Sequence record: MH383160
DNA from: Escherichia phage UB
DNA: 64,000 bases
Reading direction: 5' to 3' (one strand)
Shown in pieces: positions 19,818 through 29,208 of the stretch. Every line of letters begins with the position of its first letter. Within the stretch, counting starts at the first letter, position 1. The position numbers were made by a program, and so were the translations under genes. The notes beneath the pieces are model-generated. The model worked only from the letters and a program-made list of their open reading frames with translations, ran no database searches and had not been told where the DNA came from.

Positions 19818-20441
19818 CTATATATCCAACCCTTTTACAACATCTACGAAATGTTCAAACACTTCTTTTGAAAAATAACCACCTTCACAAAAAAGCATAC
19901 TAAACGGTGGCAGCATGTCCGATAACTCTTTAGCTAAATTGATTTCTGCTCTTAACTCTTGAACATCAATGATATCATGTACTAAAGATAATTGAAACAT
20001 GAATGCATCTACATCTTCATTCATTTCTGAATTGTAATATAACTCTTCAGGGAATTTGTCGGTTTCGTAATAATAAAAAACTTTATTGTTGAACACACCA
20101 CTAATAGGAACATCATTTTCATCTTTCTTTGAAATGTTTGTTTCCCATGACTCTATATTATTAGGAACAAAAAAATCATAGGCTGACTTTGAACCCTGTA
20201 CTGAATCCAACTTTATTCCATAATATTCCGTATCCATGTATTTCTGCTGTAATGTAATACCACGTGTACTGACATTCACTTGGAATATATCATCTTTATC
20301 TGGAACACTAAATGGAATACATAACACTGAATTCTCAGGGTATTTGGCAATGAATGCATCCAGCACTTTATTAAGCACTGGAATGGCAATTTTACTGTAC
20401 TGCATCAAATCATACATTTTAATTCTGGTCATATCATTCAC
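19818..20441 (-). CDS. FQ-motif family protein (hypothetical)
   Basis: ORF track 207 aa; motif DAFMFQLSLVHD. Confidence 0.65.
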   Translation of the reverse strand: MNDMTRIKMYDLMQYSKIAIPVLNKVLDAFIAKYPENSVLCIPFSVPDKDDIFQVNVSTRGITLQQKYMDTEYYGIKLDSVQGSKSAYDFFVPNNIESWETNISKKDENDVPISGVFNNKVFYYYETDKFPEELYYNSEMNEDVDAFMFQLSLVHDIIDVQELRAEINLAKELSDMLPPFSMLFCEGGYFSKEVFEHFVDVVKGLDI

Positions 20442-20973
20442 CTGTGTATGTTTTCACCCTTAGCGATTCAAAATCCCATACATCACTGATTGTACCATTG
20501 TGCCTGTAATCATAATATTCTACTAATACATTATACAATAACTTCAACGATACAAATTCATGATTCCACGGAGCTTTATTGTCATGAACACATTTGGTGA
20601 TATAAGGTATAATATATAAACTAAACAACACTAATGGTGAATGTATACATTGCATTTGAAAATATTCTTCTTCTTGCATACAATGTTCAGGAATAATTAG
20701 ATCATAATGTGTCTCAAATAAATGTAAACCTATTGTGGTTTTTTTCGTATCACATGCGTACCATATTGTACTATCCGAAATAAATGGAATGATACCATTA
20801 TTGTTTGCAATGTACATCATATGGTAAGAGCGATTTGTCTTGTTAAATATCTCGATACTTTCGATATTACTACAAATCATGTATTCAAGGCAATCAATGA
20901 TCTTATCTTTAAATGTACCAATTTCATTGAATGACATTGCTTTCTGTACTTTTGATACTGTTGTACTGCTCAT
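20434..20973 (-). CDS. FQ-motif family protein (hypothetical)
   Basis: ORF track 179 aa; motif EEEYFQMQCIH. Confidence 0.65.
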   Translation of the reverse strand: MSSTTVSKVQKAMSFNEIGTFKDKIIDCLEYMICSNIESIEIFNKTNRSYHMMYIANNNGIIPFISDSTIWYACDTKKTTIGLHLFETHYDLIIPEHCMQEEEYFQMQCIHSPLVLFSLYIIPYITKCVHDNKAPWNHEFVSLKLLYNVLVEYYDYRHNGTISDVWDFESLRVKTYTGE

Positions 20974-21512
20974 ATGTTCTCCTTAAAAAAATCCAAATAC
21001 TCTTCATTGAAAGCATATGTATCATCTTTTTTGTTATGCACCACATAATCATAAAGAGCTATGAATGCAGGGATTATGATCTTACATGATTTATTATTGT
21101 ATTTGTACTGCTCCAAATCAACGGTGTTCAATTTAGCAATAAGCATAGCAGCAAAGATATCTTCATGGCGGTGTACTGTGCTGTACTGAAAATACTCATC
21201 CTCTCCAATATCGGGATGATATAACGGTATAACCAAATTATTACGAATTGACATTTTATATTTTTGTAATGCAGCTAAATGCATGAACCACAATCTATCT
21301 TCATGGAAAGATGGAAAAATAATTTTGTCTGTGCTAATAAAAATTTCTTCATTTCGATTATTTGTCACAAGAGGTGCATACATTTTAATTTTTGCAGATT
21401 TAATAATTAAATTAAAAATATAATGAATCTTATGAACTGCACTTGATGCATCTTCGTATGTACTTGGGATTATGAAACTCACTATATGTTCTCCTTTAAA
21501 ATGAATACACAT
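20970..21512 (-). CDS. FQ-motif family protein (hypothetical)
   Basis: ORF track 180 aa; motif EDEYFQYSTVH; true start may be GTG at 21482 after AAAGGAG RBS because ATG 21512 lies inside the promoter -10. Confidence 0.6.
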   Translation of the reverse strand: MCIHFKGEHIVSFIIPSTYEDASSAVHKIHYIFNLIIKSAKIKMYAPLVTNNRNEEIFISTDKIIFPSFHEDRLWFMHLAALQKYKMSIRNNLVIPLYHPDIGEDEYFQYSTVHRHEDIFAAMLIAKLNTVDLEQYKYNNKSCKIIIPAFIALYDYVVHNKKDDTYAFNEEYLDFFKENI

Positions 21513-21539
21513 GATAACAGCTTTGGTCTTCTATGTCAA
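21511..21539 (-). promoter_or_regulatory. sigma70-like promoter
   Basis: minus strand TTGACA-N17-TATCAT immediately downstream of terminator. Confidence 0.45.
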
Positions 21540-21544
21540 TACCA

Positions 21545-21586
21545 AAACGAAAAAAGCCCATATCTTACGATACAGGCGTTATGGGC
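21545..21586 (-). terminator. intrinsic terminator
   Basis: minus strand hairpin GCCCAT-19 nt loop-ATGGGC followed by UUUUUUCGUUUU; overlaps stop of 21565..22071. Confidence 0.5.
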
Positions 21587-22071
21587 ATGTTGATTTGAAT
21601 TTCATTGTACAAATCATCAATATATAGACATGAAAAAAATACACTATCTTGTACTATATTGTTGTGATAAAGCATTTTAAATACTACATAAAAAAATAAA
21701 TCAATATCATCGTGGACTAAATTCTGCTGGAACCACCACTCGTCTGTTAAATCTTGTGCATTAAAATCATCAGGAACTTCAATGAACGACATATCACAAT
21801 CTTCTTTGTACTCAAACCACATGTCGTCATTCGGATAACGTTCATGCTTCTCTGGGTAACAATTGCTGGGATTAAATGTTAAAATATTAAACCCCGTAGA
21901 GCAACGTTCTTTATTTAAAAATGTATTATTCCATACCTGATATTTTTCACCAACATCAAGCTCTTCTGTTACTGATTTTATTGCACATAATGTACTGTAT
22001 ATTGTTTCTATCTTGTGAACATATTTAAATGCAGCATCTAAGCTGAACTCTAAATCATACATGTACTGCAT
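21565..22071 (-). CDS. FQ-motif family protein (hypothetical)
   Basis: ORF track 168 aa; motif DEWWFQQNLVHD. Confidence 0.65.
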   Translation of the reverse strand: MQYMYDLEFSLDAAFKYVHKIETIYSTLCAIKSVTEELDVGEKYQVWNNTFLNKERCSTGFNILTFNPSNCYPEKHERYPNDDMWFEYKEDCDMSFIEVPDDFNAQDLTDEWWFQQNLVHDDIDLFFYVVFKMLYHNNIVQDSVFFSCLYIDDLYNEIQINMPITPVS

Positions 22072-22391
22072 AAAATTACCTCAACTAAAGCAAGGACTGT
22101 ATTGAATTCCACTATACTTGTAATTCCTTGAAGGTACATGTACTTTGCTACTACATATTTCTGTACTAAATTATAATTATTAAATTCCTCAAAATTGTAA
22201 TTTAGAACATAATCTGTACTCAAAAATATCTTATGCATCTCTAATGCACTTTGATAATACGCGTACAACTCACGGATATCAATACTGGTTAAATTATATT
22301 GTTCATATCTATGATACGGGATGGCTTCAATTTCAATACTATAAAACCATTCTCTTAACTTATTAATATCAAATGTATTATTCAGCTTCAT
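22050..22391 (-). CDS. hypothetical protein
   Basis: ORF track 113 aa. Confidence 0.5.
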   Translation of the reverse strand: MKLNNTFDINKLREWFYSIEIEAIPYHRYEQYNLTSIDIRELYAYYQSALEMHKIFLSTDYVLNYNFEEFNNYNLVQKYVVAKYMYLQGITSIVEFNTVLALVEVILCSTCMI

Positions 22392-22944
22392 AACTCAATA
22401 CCTCCATTAAACACTCATACACACCGTCAATCGCATAAGCACAAAAATTGAAATTAATTTTGTGATTCTTGTGTAATGGACTATTGTGTACTGTACTCAT
22501 TATGACATTATAAAATAACAAACGCACTGGTACAAGCATTGAACCTTGGAAAAATTCTTCCTCTGATTTATATGTATTGTACTCTATTGCGTTGTTCGTT
22601 TCTTTATCATATGTTACCATTACTAACGGGGCATTTTTATTATACCATGCGTACTCTAAATCATTCTTTCCAATAACAGAACCAGGTGCGAAATCCAAAA
22701 GACCAATAACACTACGGGCATTTGGTATATCTGGTGTATTGAATCGTTTATCAAAATGACTCGTGCACGCAATATATGTATTGTACTTCGATGGAATAAT
22801 ACCAATACATTTGTGGAAATGACGCTTGTGATATTTCTGGGCATTATATAAGGCTGCAACAATACAAGCTAACTTTTGTCCCATAAGGATGGCATTAGCG
22901 TAGGTGTACTGAATTTCATTGCTGGTATGGTACTTCGAGGTCAT
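22378..22944 (-). CDS. FQ-motif family protein (hypothetical)
   Basis: ORF track 188 aa; motif EEEFFQGSMLV. Confidence 0.65.
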   Translation of the reverse strand: MTSKYHTSNEIQYTYANAILMGQKLACIVAALYNAQKYHKRHFHKCIGIIPSKYNTYIACTSHFDKRFNTPDIPNARSVIGLLDFAPGSVIGKNDLEYAWYNKNAPLVMVTYDKETNNAIEYNTYKSEEEFFQGSMLVPVRLLFYNVIMSTVHNSPLHKNHKINFNFCAYAIDGVYECLMEVLSYEAE

Positions 22945-23227
22945 AATATTTCCTTTGCCATATCATGGGCTTAAAATCAATAACAGCTTTCTGTATCTTT
23001 TTTAATAATAAGACATCATAACCACCCGTGTCAATCACTAATTGCTGTTGGAACAATTCTTCATCGGATAATGTATTGAAATCTACAAAATAATCTGTAA
23101 CTATCGAATCATTTAAATGTGCCATGTACCAACCTGAACTTCTTGAATAAATCAAATTCCACCCATCGTCATCATCTTCTAATTCAACATAAATCATATC
23201 TGGGGTATACATCATTTTATACTTCAT
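22916..23227 (-). CDS. FQ-motif family protein (hypothetical)
   Basis: ORF track 103 aa; motif DEELFQQQLVID. Confidence 0.65.
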   Translation of the reverse strand: MKYKMMYTPDMIYVELEDDDDGWNLIYSRSSGWYMAHLNDSIVTDYFVDFNTLSDEELFQQQLVIDTGGYDVLLLKKIQKAVIDFKPMIWQRKYYDLEVPYQQ

Positions 23228-23765
23228 AACTATATCCTTGCATTAATAAATCATAAACTACATGGACTAAATTTAATTGAATATAAAATTTTAAACCTTT
23301 AATTAATGAATTCAAATGCATTGTACTGAATAACATTAGATACATCATCTCATGCGGTTTTGTGATTAATGATTTTTGAAATACTTCAGCTTCATCATAA
23401 GGGTCTATGAACTGAAATTTGTCTTCATCATAATTTGTATTGGAATGCTGATATATAAAATAATCATCATTGGTATTGTACCACAAATATCCTTCGAATC
23501 CTGTACTAACATCTTTGGTCAATGGGGATGCTGATACTGGATTTGAACTGATTAATGCACCTACATCAACAATCCCCGTTGTATCATATTCGATTTCAAC
23601 ATCAATATCAATGTATTTCCTTGCGATATCTGCGTTTATGGACAAATATAAACTACCACCTGTCCTCTGACTCAGGATTCCATCTATCTGCGATATAGGA
23701 TGGTTGTTATTGAGGATAAGCATTATTGTACTTATCTTGTGTGCTAATAACTCTATCTCATTCAT
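23217..23765 (-). CDS. FQ-motif family protein (hypothetical)
   Basis: ORF track 182 aa; motif EAEVFQKSLIT. Confidence 0.65.
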   Translation of the reverse strand: MNEIELLAHKISTIMLILNNNHPISQIDGILSQRTGGSLYLSINADIARKYIDIDVEIEYDTTGIVDVGALISSNPVSASPLTKDVSTGFEGYLWYNTNDDYFIYQHSNTNYDEDKFQFIDPYDEAEVFQKSLITKPHEMMYLMLFSTMHLNSLIKGLKFYIQLNLVHVVYDLLMQGYSYEV

Positions 23766-23965
23766 AATTTACCTATCGATGGATACCTAGGATTTGTAGG
23801 ATGTAAAATCCTGTCCTGTACTGAAAGGTGCTCAAATGTAATTAAACTCAAATAATAATCGTAATTATCAATACCACCCTTCAAATGTATATTGTAATAC
23901 ATCTTAATACTATCTAATAATGAATCCTGTAATGCATTTAATGTTATCGTATTAATCTTTTGCAT
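23762..23965 (-). CDS. hypothetical protein
   Basis: ORF track 67 aa. Confidence 0.45.
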   Translation of the reverse strand: MQKINTITLNALQDSLLDSIKMYYNIHLKGGIDNYDYYLSLITFEHLSVQDRILHPTNPRYPSIGKL

Positions 23966-24171
23966 TAATGTTCTTCTCTTAAAAATCGTTTGATAGCATA
24001 ATCTAAATAAAATTCATAACACATGCTATCTCTGTTCTTTATCCATATTTTGTAATCGGATTTTATATTACTCAACAAATAATTTGTATTAATTGTGTAA
24101 TAATCCAAACGACCTAATCGTGCCATTTGATAGGATACTCCGTTCCATTTATTGTATAAGATATAATCCAT
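23965..24171 (-). CDS. hypothetical protein
   Basis: ORF track 68 aa; start may be internal ATG. Confidence 0.4.
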   Translation of the reverse strand: MDYILYNKWNGVSYQMARLGRLDYYTINTNYLLSNIKSDYKIWIKNRDSMCYEFYLDYAIKRFLREEH

Positions 24172-24524
24172 CCGTAATGAATAGGACTATTCTTTTCTCC
24201 TTTAGGAATAAAATATAAAGATGTACTGGGGTTATAACTGAATAAATCGTTGTTACCAAATGTAAAATGCGATAACTCAATTTTCCTTGTACCTGTACTT
24301 GGACGAAGAGCATTCTTAACACCGAAGACTGTACCTTGATATTTCTCGGAAAATTCAAACAATACATCTGTAATTAAATCACGAAACTCCGCATGTATGG
24401 TTTCAAAAAAATCTATATTACACGATGTTTTAATATCCTTGAACTCATTATAAAAAGCATGTCTTGTATTCAAAAGAAATATTACTTTTTTAAGATCCTG
24501 AACTATTTCTGGATTCATATTCAT
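24114..24524 (-). CDS. hypothetical protein
   Basis: ORF track 136 aa. Confidence 0.5.
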   Translation of the reverse strand: MNMNPEIVQDLKKVIFLLNTRHAFYNEFKDIKTSCNIDFFETIHAEFRDLITDVLFEFSEKYQGTVFGVKNALRPSTGTRKIELSHFTFGNNDLFSYNPSTSLYFIPKGEKNSPIHYGWIISYTINGTEYPIKWHD

Positions 24525-24756
24525 TTATCTCATTCTGTAACTTAAGCATCAAAATTTGCATATTAATTTTTTGTAAAAGGTGCTTGATAAATTTCTGTGC
24601 CATTTCTTCTTGTTCTTTTGTACCAAGATAAAATAACAGATTAAATTCTGATAATCGCAAAGAAAAATCTTCATCACCACCCTTTAAACAAAAATCCCTG
24701 TACTTTGTAGCGTACAAATATTGGTTTACCTTTTTATAATACCCTGTGTTTTGCAT
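24490..24756 (-). CDS. LGT-QE family small protein (hypothetical)
   Basis: ORF track 88 aa; core YLGTKEQEE. Confidence 0.55.
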   Translation of the reverse strand: MQNTGYYKKVNQYLYATKYRDFCLKGGDEDFSLRLSEFNLLFYLGTKEQEEMAQKFIKHLLQKINMQILMLKLQNEINEYESRNSSGS

Positions 24757-24944
24757 ACTATCTCCGTTCGCAACGAATTTATATAATAATGAACAAATTG
24801 TTCTTGTGAACGTGTTCCAAGAAAAATAAACATATCAAACTCTGTTGTTTTTAAATTCAATGCATCTTTTGTAAAATTCCTGTTGAATTCCCTGTACTTT
24901 TGGGTCTTCCATTCTTGATTAATTGTCTTGTATATCGATTTCAA
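24726..24944 (-). CDS. LGT-QE family small protein (hypothetical)
   Basis: ORF track 72 aa; core FLGTRSQEQ. Confidence 0.55.
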   Translation of the reverse strand: MKSIYKTINQEWKTQKYREFNRNFTKDALNLKTTEFDMFIFLGTRSQEQFVHYYINSLRTEIVCKTQGIIKR

Positions 24945-25239
24945 TGATTCTCCCTGACATACCTTGTATTAGCTTATCATACATATCGAGCATCACTTTT
25001 TGAATATTAATTAGTACTGGCATCGTGCAAATATCAATGTCGTATACTAAGCTGTACTGGAATAATTCATCTTCCTGCATTTGTACTAAATTAGGTAAAA
25101 GATAATTGTCTGCCTCTTCATCCTGGTACTTGAAATGCATAACACCATCCTTTTTGTACAAAAGAATGTCAATATCACCTAACTCTTCTGCATAACCAAA
25201 AATACATATACTCGATGTTTTTGCTATATTAAATTTCAT
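24919..25239 (-). CDS. FQ-motif family protein (hypothetical)
   Basis: ORF track 106 aa; motif EDELFQYSLVYD. Confidence 0.65.
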   Translation of the reverse strand: MKFNIAKTSSICIFGYAEELGDIDILLYKKDGVMHFKYQDEEADNYLLPNLVQMQEDELFQYSLVYDIDICTMPVLINIQKVMLDMYDKLIQGMSGRIIEIDIQDN

Positions 25240-26045
25240 GATTTATATTGTTCCTTAAAAACACCACAATGATAATTTTTATTGTATTGTGTAATACTAT
25301 AATCACACGGCATTGTCCCGCACGAAGCTCTGTGTTTTAAACGTTCCAATACCTTATCGTAATCTTTACTGAAAATGCCATTTTCATTGGGCGTAGCAAT
25401 CATTAATGCTTGCTCATATAAATCTTTTGTTCTTGTTGAACCATGCGAATGTTTGTTAAAATAAAATACATATTCAACTTCCCAATTACTTCTTAAATAG
25501 GATATTCCGTAATTGATAATCATATAATAATGTAAATCCTTGTAATAATTGAATGTCTTATCTGTATTAATCAAAATATATGAAGAACTATCATTGTCCT
25601 TAATAACAAATAAACGACCAATCTTATTTTCTTTATCTTTAACTAATTGTCTAATTTCATCACCTTCTTCAAATTTACGATGCACTTCAATTACAGATTT
25701 AGCAATCCCAGTCTGTACTAAAGATTCATATGTTGCGTACATAAAATCACTTACATGACCTAAACCAACATCTTCTTTTCTTGGTGTCTCTGTTGTATTG
25801 ACAAACATATTCAATAACTTTTGAATTGAAAAATCAGTACTGCAATCTTTATTAATTTTAATTTTTTCTCGAATCTCTTCCTTTAATGCATTAATATATT
25901 GCTCTTGTGCTGCTTCCTGATAATTTGTACCAAGATATAAACTCAAGGCAACTGAACCTTTGTAAGATGCTGATTTCTTTAAATCACCAGAACTAAATTT
26001 TTTCATAATCAAATTGGTTGCTTCAGATTCTGTTAAAAATTTCAT
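25236..26045 (-). CDS. fusion protein: N-terminal LGT-QE module plus ~200 aa C-terminal domain with Cys/His cluster (hypothetical)
   Basis: ORF track 269 aa; N-terminus LYLGTNYQEAAQEQYINALKEEI; C-terminus contains CGTMPCDYS...YHCG. Confidence 0.6.
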   Translation of the reverse strand: MKFLTESEATNLIMKKFSSGDLKKSASYKGSVALSLYLGTNYQEAAQEQYINALKEEIREKIKINKDCSTDFSIQKLLNMFVNTTETPRKEDVGLGHVSDFMYATYESLVQTGIAKSVIEVHRKFEEGDEIRQLVKDKENKIGRLFVIKDNDSSSYILINTDKTFNYYKDLHYYMIINYGISYLRSNWEVEYVFYFNKHSHGSTRTKDLYEQALMIATPNENGIFSKDYDKVLERLKHRASCGTMPCDYSITQYNKNYHCGVFKEQYKS

Positions 26046-26153
26046 ATCATTGTACCTTATCTTAAAATTGAATAGGTAAACATGTTAACACTATTCAAAT
26101 GGAGTGTCAACATTGATCTTCATTCTGTGAATATTAAATTTCATATTATTCTC

Positions 26154-26486
26154 TTATATATTGAATTCACATACGTGTTGAACAAAATTCTTTGGAAGAT
26201 GACAATGTGCAATCATCTGCTGTTGCACTTTCTTCATATCTTCTAATGTAAAACCTAAAGAATCATCGTGTACTAACATGTACTGAAACTCTTCTTCTTC
26301 AGAGATAGAACATAAATTCGGTACTGAAATTGTTTTTGTTTTTCTTGCACCTAATTTCCAATGAAAAGAATTATTGCATTTTCTGTACTCAAATATCTTC
26401 AACCCAGCACCTCTATTAAAATCAGCTACTACAATGTAACATGAATTCTTACGTACAATACAATTAAATTTACGCATTATCTCCAC
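26154..26486 (-). CDS. FQ-motif family protein (hypothetical)
   Basis: ORF track 110 aa; motif EEEEFQYMLVHD. Confidence 0.65.
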   Translation of the reverse strand: MEIMRKFNCIVRKNSCYIVVADFNRGAGLKIFEYRKCNNSFHWKLGARKTKTISVPNLCSISEEEEFQYMLVHDDSLGFTLEDMKKVQQQMIAHCHLPKNFVQHVCEFNI

Positions 26487-26722
26487 CTCTCTCCGTCATC
26501 GCAAGAGTACTGGTACGTTGTCGTTAGGGTAGGGACCATGTTGGTAATGGGCATATTATTAACAATAACCGTAACAGGCATAAGAATCGTCTCTACTCTA
26601 CTCTGTCCTGTCCTTGTGCAATTCATCTTTTGCATTTCATCTGAATCCATGAAATACAATACAAATGGTGCAATCCCAAGAACAATACACAAGACGATAA
26701 GGAAATTTAAAAAATTTAACAT
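26477..26722 (-). CDS. small putative membrane protein
   Basis: ORF track 81 aa; hydrophobic N-terminus FLNFLIVLCIVLGIAPFVLYF; AGGGT RBS. Confidence 0.45.
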   Translation of the reverse strand: MLNFLNFLIVLCIVLGIAPFVLYFMDSDEMQKMNCTRTGQSRVETILMPVTVIVNNMPITNMVPTLTTTYQYSCDDGERWR

Positions 26723-26751
26723 AATTTTTACCCTATGATTAACGTTAGTGT

Positions 26752-26780
26752 ACTATATCAGTAATGAAAAGTACTGTCAA
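26752..26780 (-). promoter_or_regulatory. sigma70-like promoter
   Basis: minus strand TTGACA-N17-TATAGT in gap upstream of 26477..26722. Confidence 0.5.
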
Positions 26781-26781
26781 G

Positions 26782-27177
26782 CTAGTACTGCACTGTTCTA
26801 ATGAAAGTACCTTTACTCATGGATTTAAGCTTATGAACCTCTTCCTGCATACCCTTAATTAACCCTAAAGGTATAGGTAAATCATGTACTAAGCTGTACT
26901 GAAAGTATTCTTCTTCAGATAAAGTACTAACATCTGGGACTCCAATTTTAGTTAGATAATCTTGATGTGTTGACCAATAAATTATATCTTCAGTACTATT
27001 GTACTCCCCATATACTGAACAATATTGATGAATATCTTTCCTGTACCCTTGAGCAATAAAGAACTTATCTACTGCATTACCAGCATTAATAGAATTCACT
27101 TCTATTGTCACAGTACTTGAGCTTGTATAACTCTTAATATTATCAGTACTCAATAATGTGTTCTTCATAATCACCAT
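26782..27177 (-). CDS. FQ-motif family protein (hypothetical)
   Basis: ORF track 131 aa; motif EEEYFQYSLVHD. Confidence 0.65.
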   Translation of the reverse strand: MVIMKNTLLSTDNIKSYTSSSTVTIEVNSINAGNAVDKFFIAQGYRKDIHQYCSVYGEYNSTEDIIYWSTHQDYLTKIGVPDVSTLSEEEYFQYSLVHDLPIPLGLIKGMQEEVHKLKSMSKGTFIRTVQY

Positions 27178-27487
27178 TAGGCTCCTGTTTAGATTCTTTC
27201 ATTAGTACTATCATCTTATGTACTAATGGCATAGGAAACTCTAAATCCCATACTAATGATTCCTGAAAGTATTCTTCTTCAGATAAAGTACTTAAATCTT
27301 TAATATCAACGTGCTTGTATATTTTATTTTCGTAATTAACAAATGATATATATAAATCACTAACATAAGAATCATAGGTAATTGTGAATGGCTTACCCTT
27401 GTAATCCATTACATCTCTACATAGACTACTTTTGATATATGTATGTTCAAATGATTTATATACCTTGAGTTGTATATTAGTTTTCAT
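27143..27487 (-). CDS. FQ-motif family protein (hypothetical)
   Basis: ORF track 114 aa; motif EEEYFQESLVWD. Confidence 0.65.
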   Translation of the reverse strand: MKTNIQLKVYKSFEHTYIKSSLCRDVMDYKGKPFTITYDSYVSDLYISFVNYENKIYKHVDIKDLSTLSEEEYFQESLVWDLEFPMPLVHKMIVLMKESKQEPNGDYEEHIIEY

Positions 27488-27752
27488 ATTTCTCTTTATT
27501 AGCTTGTTTTGTTTTATGGTGAATTAAATCTATTAATGTAATCAAGTACAACGTCAAATAGTACTCTTGTTGATCTGTACCTAATGATACAAAGAACTTG
27601 TGCTCATAGATTAAAACCTGTTTCTCTTCAAATGGACATTTAATCCTCTGTATAGGCTTAAGTAAATGATAGTACTTATTAAATCTATGATACATTTCTA
27701 GTTCTGTCAGTACTTTCATATTAAACACGTACTCCATTAGCAGTAGCATCAC
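27477..27752 (-). CDS. LGT-QE family small protein (hypothetical)
   Basis: ORF track 91 aa; core SLGTDQQEYY. Confidence 0.55.
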   Translation of the reverse strand: MMLLLMEYVFNMKVLTELEMYHRFNKYYHLLKPIQRIKCPFEEKQVLIYEHKFFVSLGTDQQEYYLTLYLITLIDLIHHKTKQANKEKYEN

Positions 27753-27942
27753 GTAAAGCTGTCAAATACTTCTGTACTGCTTGCTCTTGTTTATTTGTAC
27801 CTAAAAGTATATACATCCATAATTCACTGTAATGTACATCTTCTGTATAAGGGTTGTTGTAACTTTTTGATAATATAGCATCAAATTCAGATGCATGAAC
27901 CCTTGTGAACTTAAGAATATCTTGTTGTGTTATGATTCTCAT
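27721..27942 (-). CDS. LGT-QE family small protein (hypothetical)
   Basis: ORF track 73 aa; core LLGTNKQEQ. Confidence 0.55.
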   Translation of the reverse strand: MRIITQQDILKFTRVHASEFDAILSKSYNNPYTEDVHYSELWMYILLGTNKQEQAVQKYLTALRDATANGVRV

Positions 27943-28154
27943 ATCTTTTCCTGTACAATCTGTATAAGAATACCTATGTGTGAATTAACAGTTCTCTCTT
28001 GATGCTGTGTTCCTAAGAGTGTCAGTACTATCATATCTGAACGCAAAAGATTTTTTTCAAGTTCACTTATATCAGTTCTTGAATCAAGTGCCATATATTT
28101 GTGATTATTCTTCCTGAATAGTGCCAAGTACTCTTGATTTGATATTTCCTTCAT
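27939..28154 (-). CDS. LGT-QE family small protein (hypothetical)
   Basis: ORF track 71 aa; core LLGTQHQER. Confidence 0.55.
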   Translation of the reverse strand: MKEISNQEYLALFRKNNHKYMALDSRTDISELEKNLLRSDMIVLTLLGTQHQERTVNSHIGILIQIVQEKI

Positions 28155-28372
28155 AGTTTATTCCTGATGCCATTTAAAAGTGCTCTAATATGCTCATTGA
28201 CAAATCGCTCTTGGGAATCTGTTCCTAGAGTGAGTAGCAATCTTAAATCTGAACTTTTGATGTGATATTCTAAATCATTATTTGATTCTTGCATCAGTTT
28301 CTTAAAGGATGAGAAGTTTGCAGCCATTAGTTCAATGTATTCTGCTGTTCCTAGTGGTTTGTGTGTTGACAT
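28151..28372 (-). CDS. LGT-QE family small protein (hypothetical)
   Basis: ORF track 73 aa; core TLGTDSQER. Confidence 0.55.
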   Translation of the reverse strand: MSTHKPLGTAEYIELMAANFSSFKKLMQESNNDLEYHIKSSDLRLLLTLGTDSQERFVNEHIRALLNGIRNKL

Positions 28373-28584
28373 TTGAGTTGTATTACCCTTTTGAGTGTAT
28401 TAATGTAATTATACACATTGGCTTCTTGATAGTTTGTTCCTAGAGTAGCTTGAACATAGATTTCATTTAACTTAATAATTTTATCAGTATCTGGTAGTTT
28501 TGATGTGTTAATGGCAAATAACTTCAAAAACAGTCCATTTAAGATTGTTAGGTATTCTTCGTCGGTAATGATTCGCATTTGCAT
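28351..28584 (-). CDS. LGT-QE family small protein (hypothetical)
   Basis: ORF track 77 aa; core IYVQATLGTNYQEA; near-identical to next gene. Confidence 0.55.
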   Translation of the reverse strand: MQMRIITDEEYLTILNGLFLKLFAINTSKLPDTDKIIKLNEIYVQATLGTNYQEANVYNYINTLKRVIQLKCQHTNH

Positions 28585-28796
28585 TGGATAAACCTTTTTA
28601 GTTCTTTGATGTAATCATTAATATTGCATTCTTGGTAGTTAGTTCCCAGTGTAGCTTGAACATAGATTTCACTTACTAGAATACTTATTTCATCATCTGG
28701 TAATTTCATGCTTTTTGTTATAAACAACTTTAGAATTAAACTACTTAATAGTTGGTTGTATTCTGTGGGTGAAATGATTTTCATTTTCATTTGCAT
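28548..28796 (-). CDS. LGT-QE family small protein (hypothetical)
   Basis: ORF track 82 aa; core IYVQATLGTNYQEC. Confidence 0.55.
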   Translation of the reverse strand: MQMKMKIISPTEYNQLLSSLILKLFITKSMKLPDDEISILVSEIYVQATLGTNYQECNINDYIKELKRFIQCKCESLPTKNT

Positions 28797-29002
28797 TTTC
28801 TCAGTACTGATTCTTTAAGTTCATTGATGTAGTCCTCAACGAATTGTTCTTGTAGGTTTGTTCCGAGATATAACAGTACTCTTAAATCTGCTCTAAGTAC
28901 TTCTTTGTCATCTTCATCTATATCAGACAGTGTTATGTTTAAGAATTTACTTGAATTCTCTACAAGTAATATTACTTCTTCACCTTCTCTTAAAATTTTC
29001 AT
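28787..29002 (-). CDS. LGT-QE family small protein (hypothetical)
   Basis: ORF track 71 aa; core YLGTNLQEQ. Confidence 0.55.
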   Translation of the reverse strand: MKILREGEEVILLVENSSKFLNITLSDIDEDDKEVLRADLRVLLYLGTNLQEQFVEDYINELKESVLRKCK

Positions 29003-29208
29003 AATCTTAGTGCTTTCCTCGACAGTAGGTACAGGTAACGTTCAGTGCATTGTTCTTGATAGTTTGTTCCTAATAAATGAACTAAATGTTGTTCAGCTAT
29101 AGAAAGCTGCTTGTCTTCATAACAAGCGTATCGTTGTTTCCTATGGTATTCTTTATTGATAACATCAAGGATGATAACACCGTATTCGTCATCTGTCAAG
29201 TGTTTCAT
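28999..29208 (-). CDS. LGT-QE family small protein (hypothetical)
   Basis: ORF track 69 aa; core LLGTNYQEQ. Confidence 0.55.
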   Translation of the reverse strand: MKHLTDDEYGVIILDVINKEYHRKQRYACYEDKQLSIAEQHLVHLLGTNYQEQCTERYLYLLSRKALRL

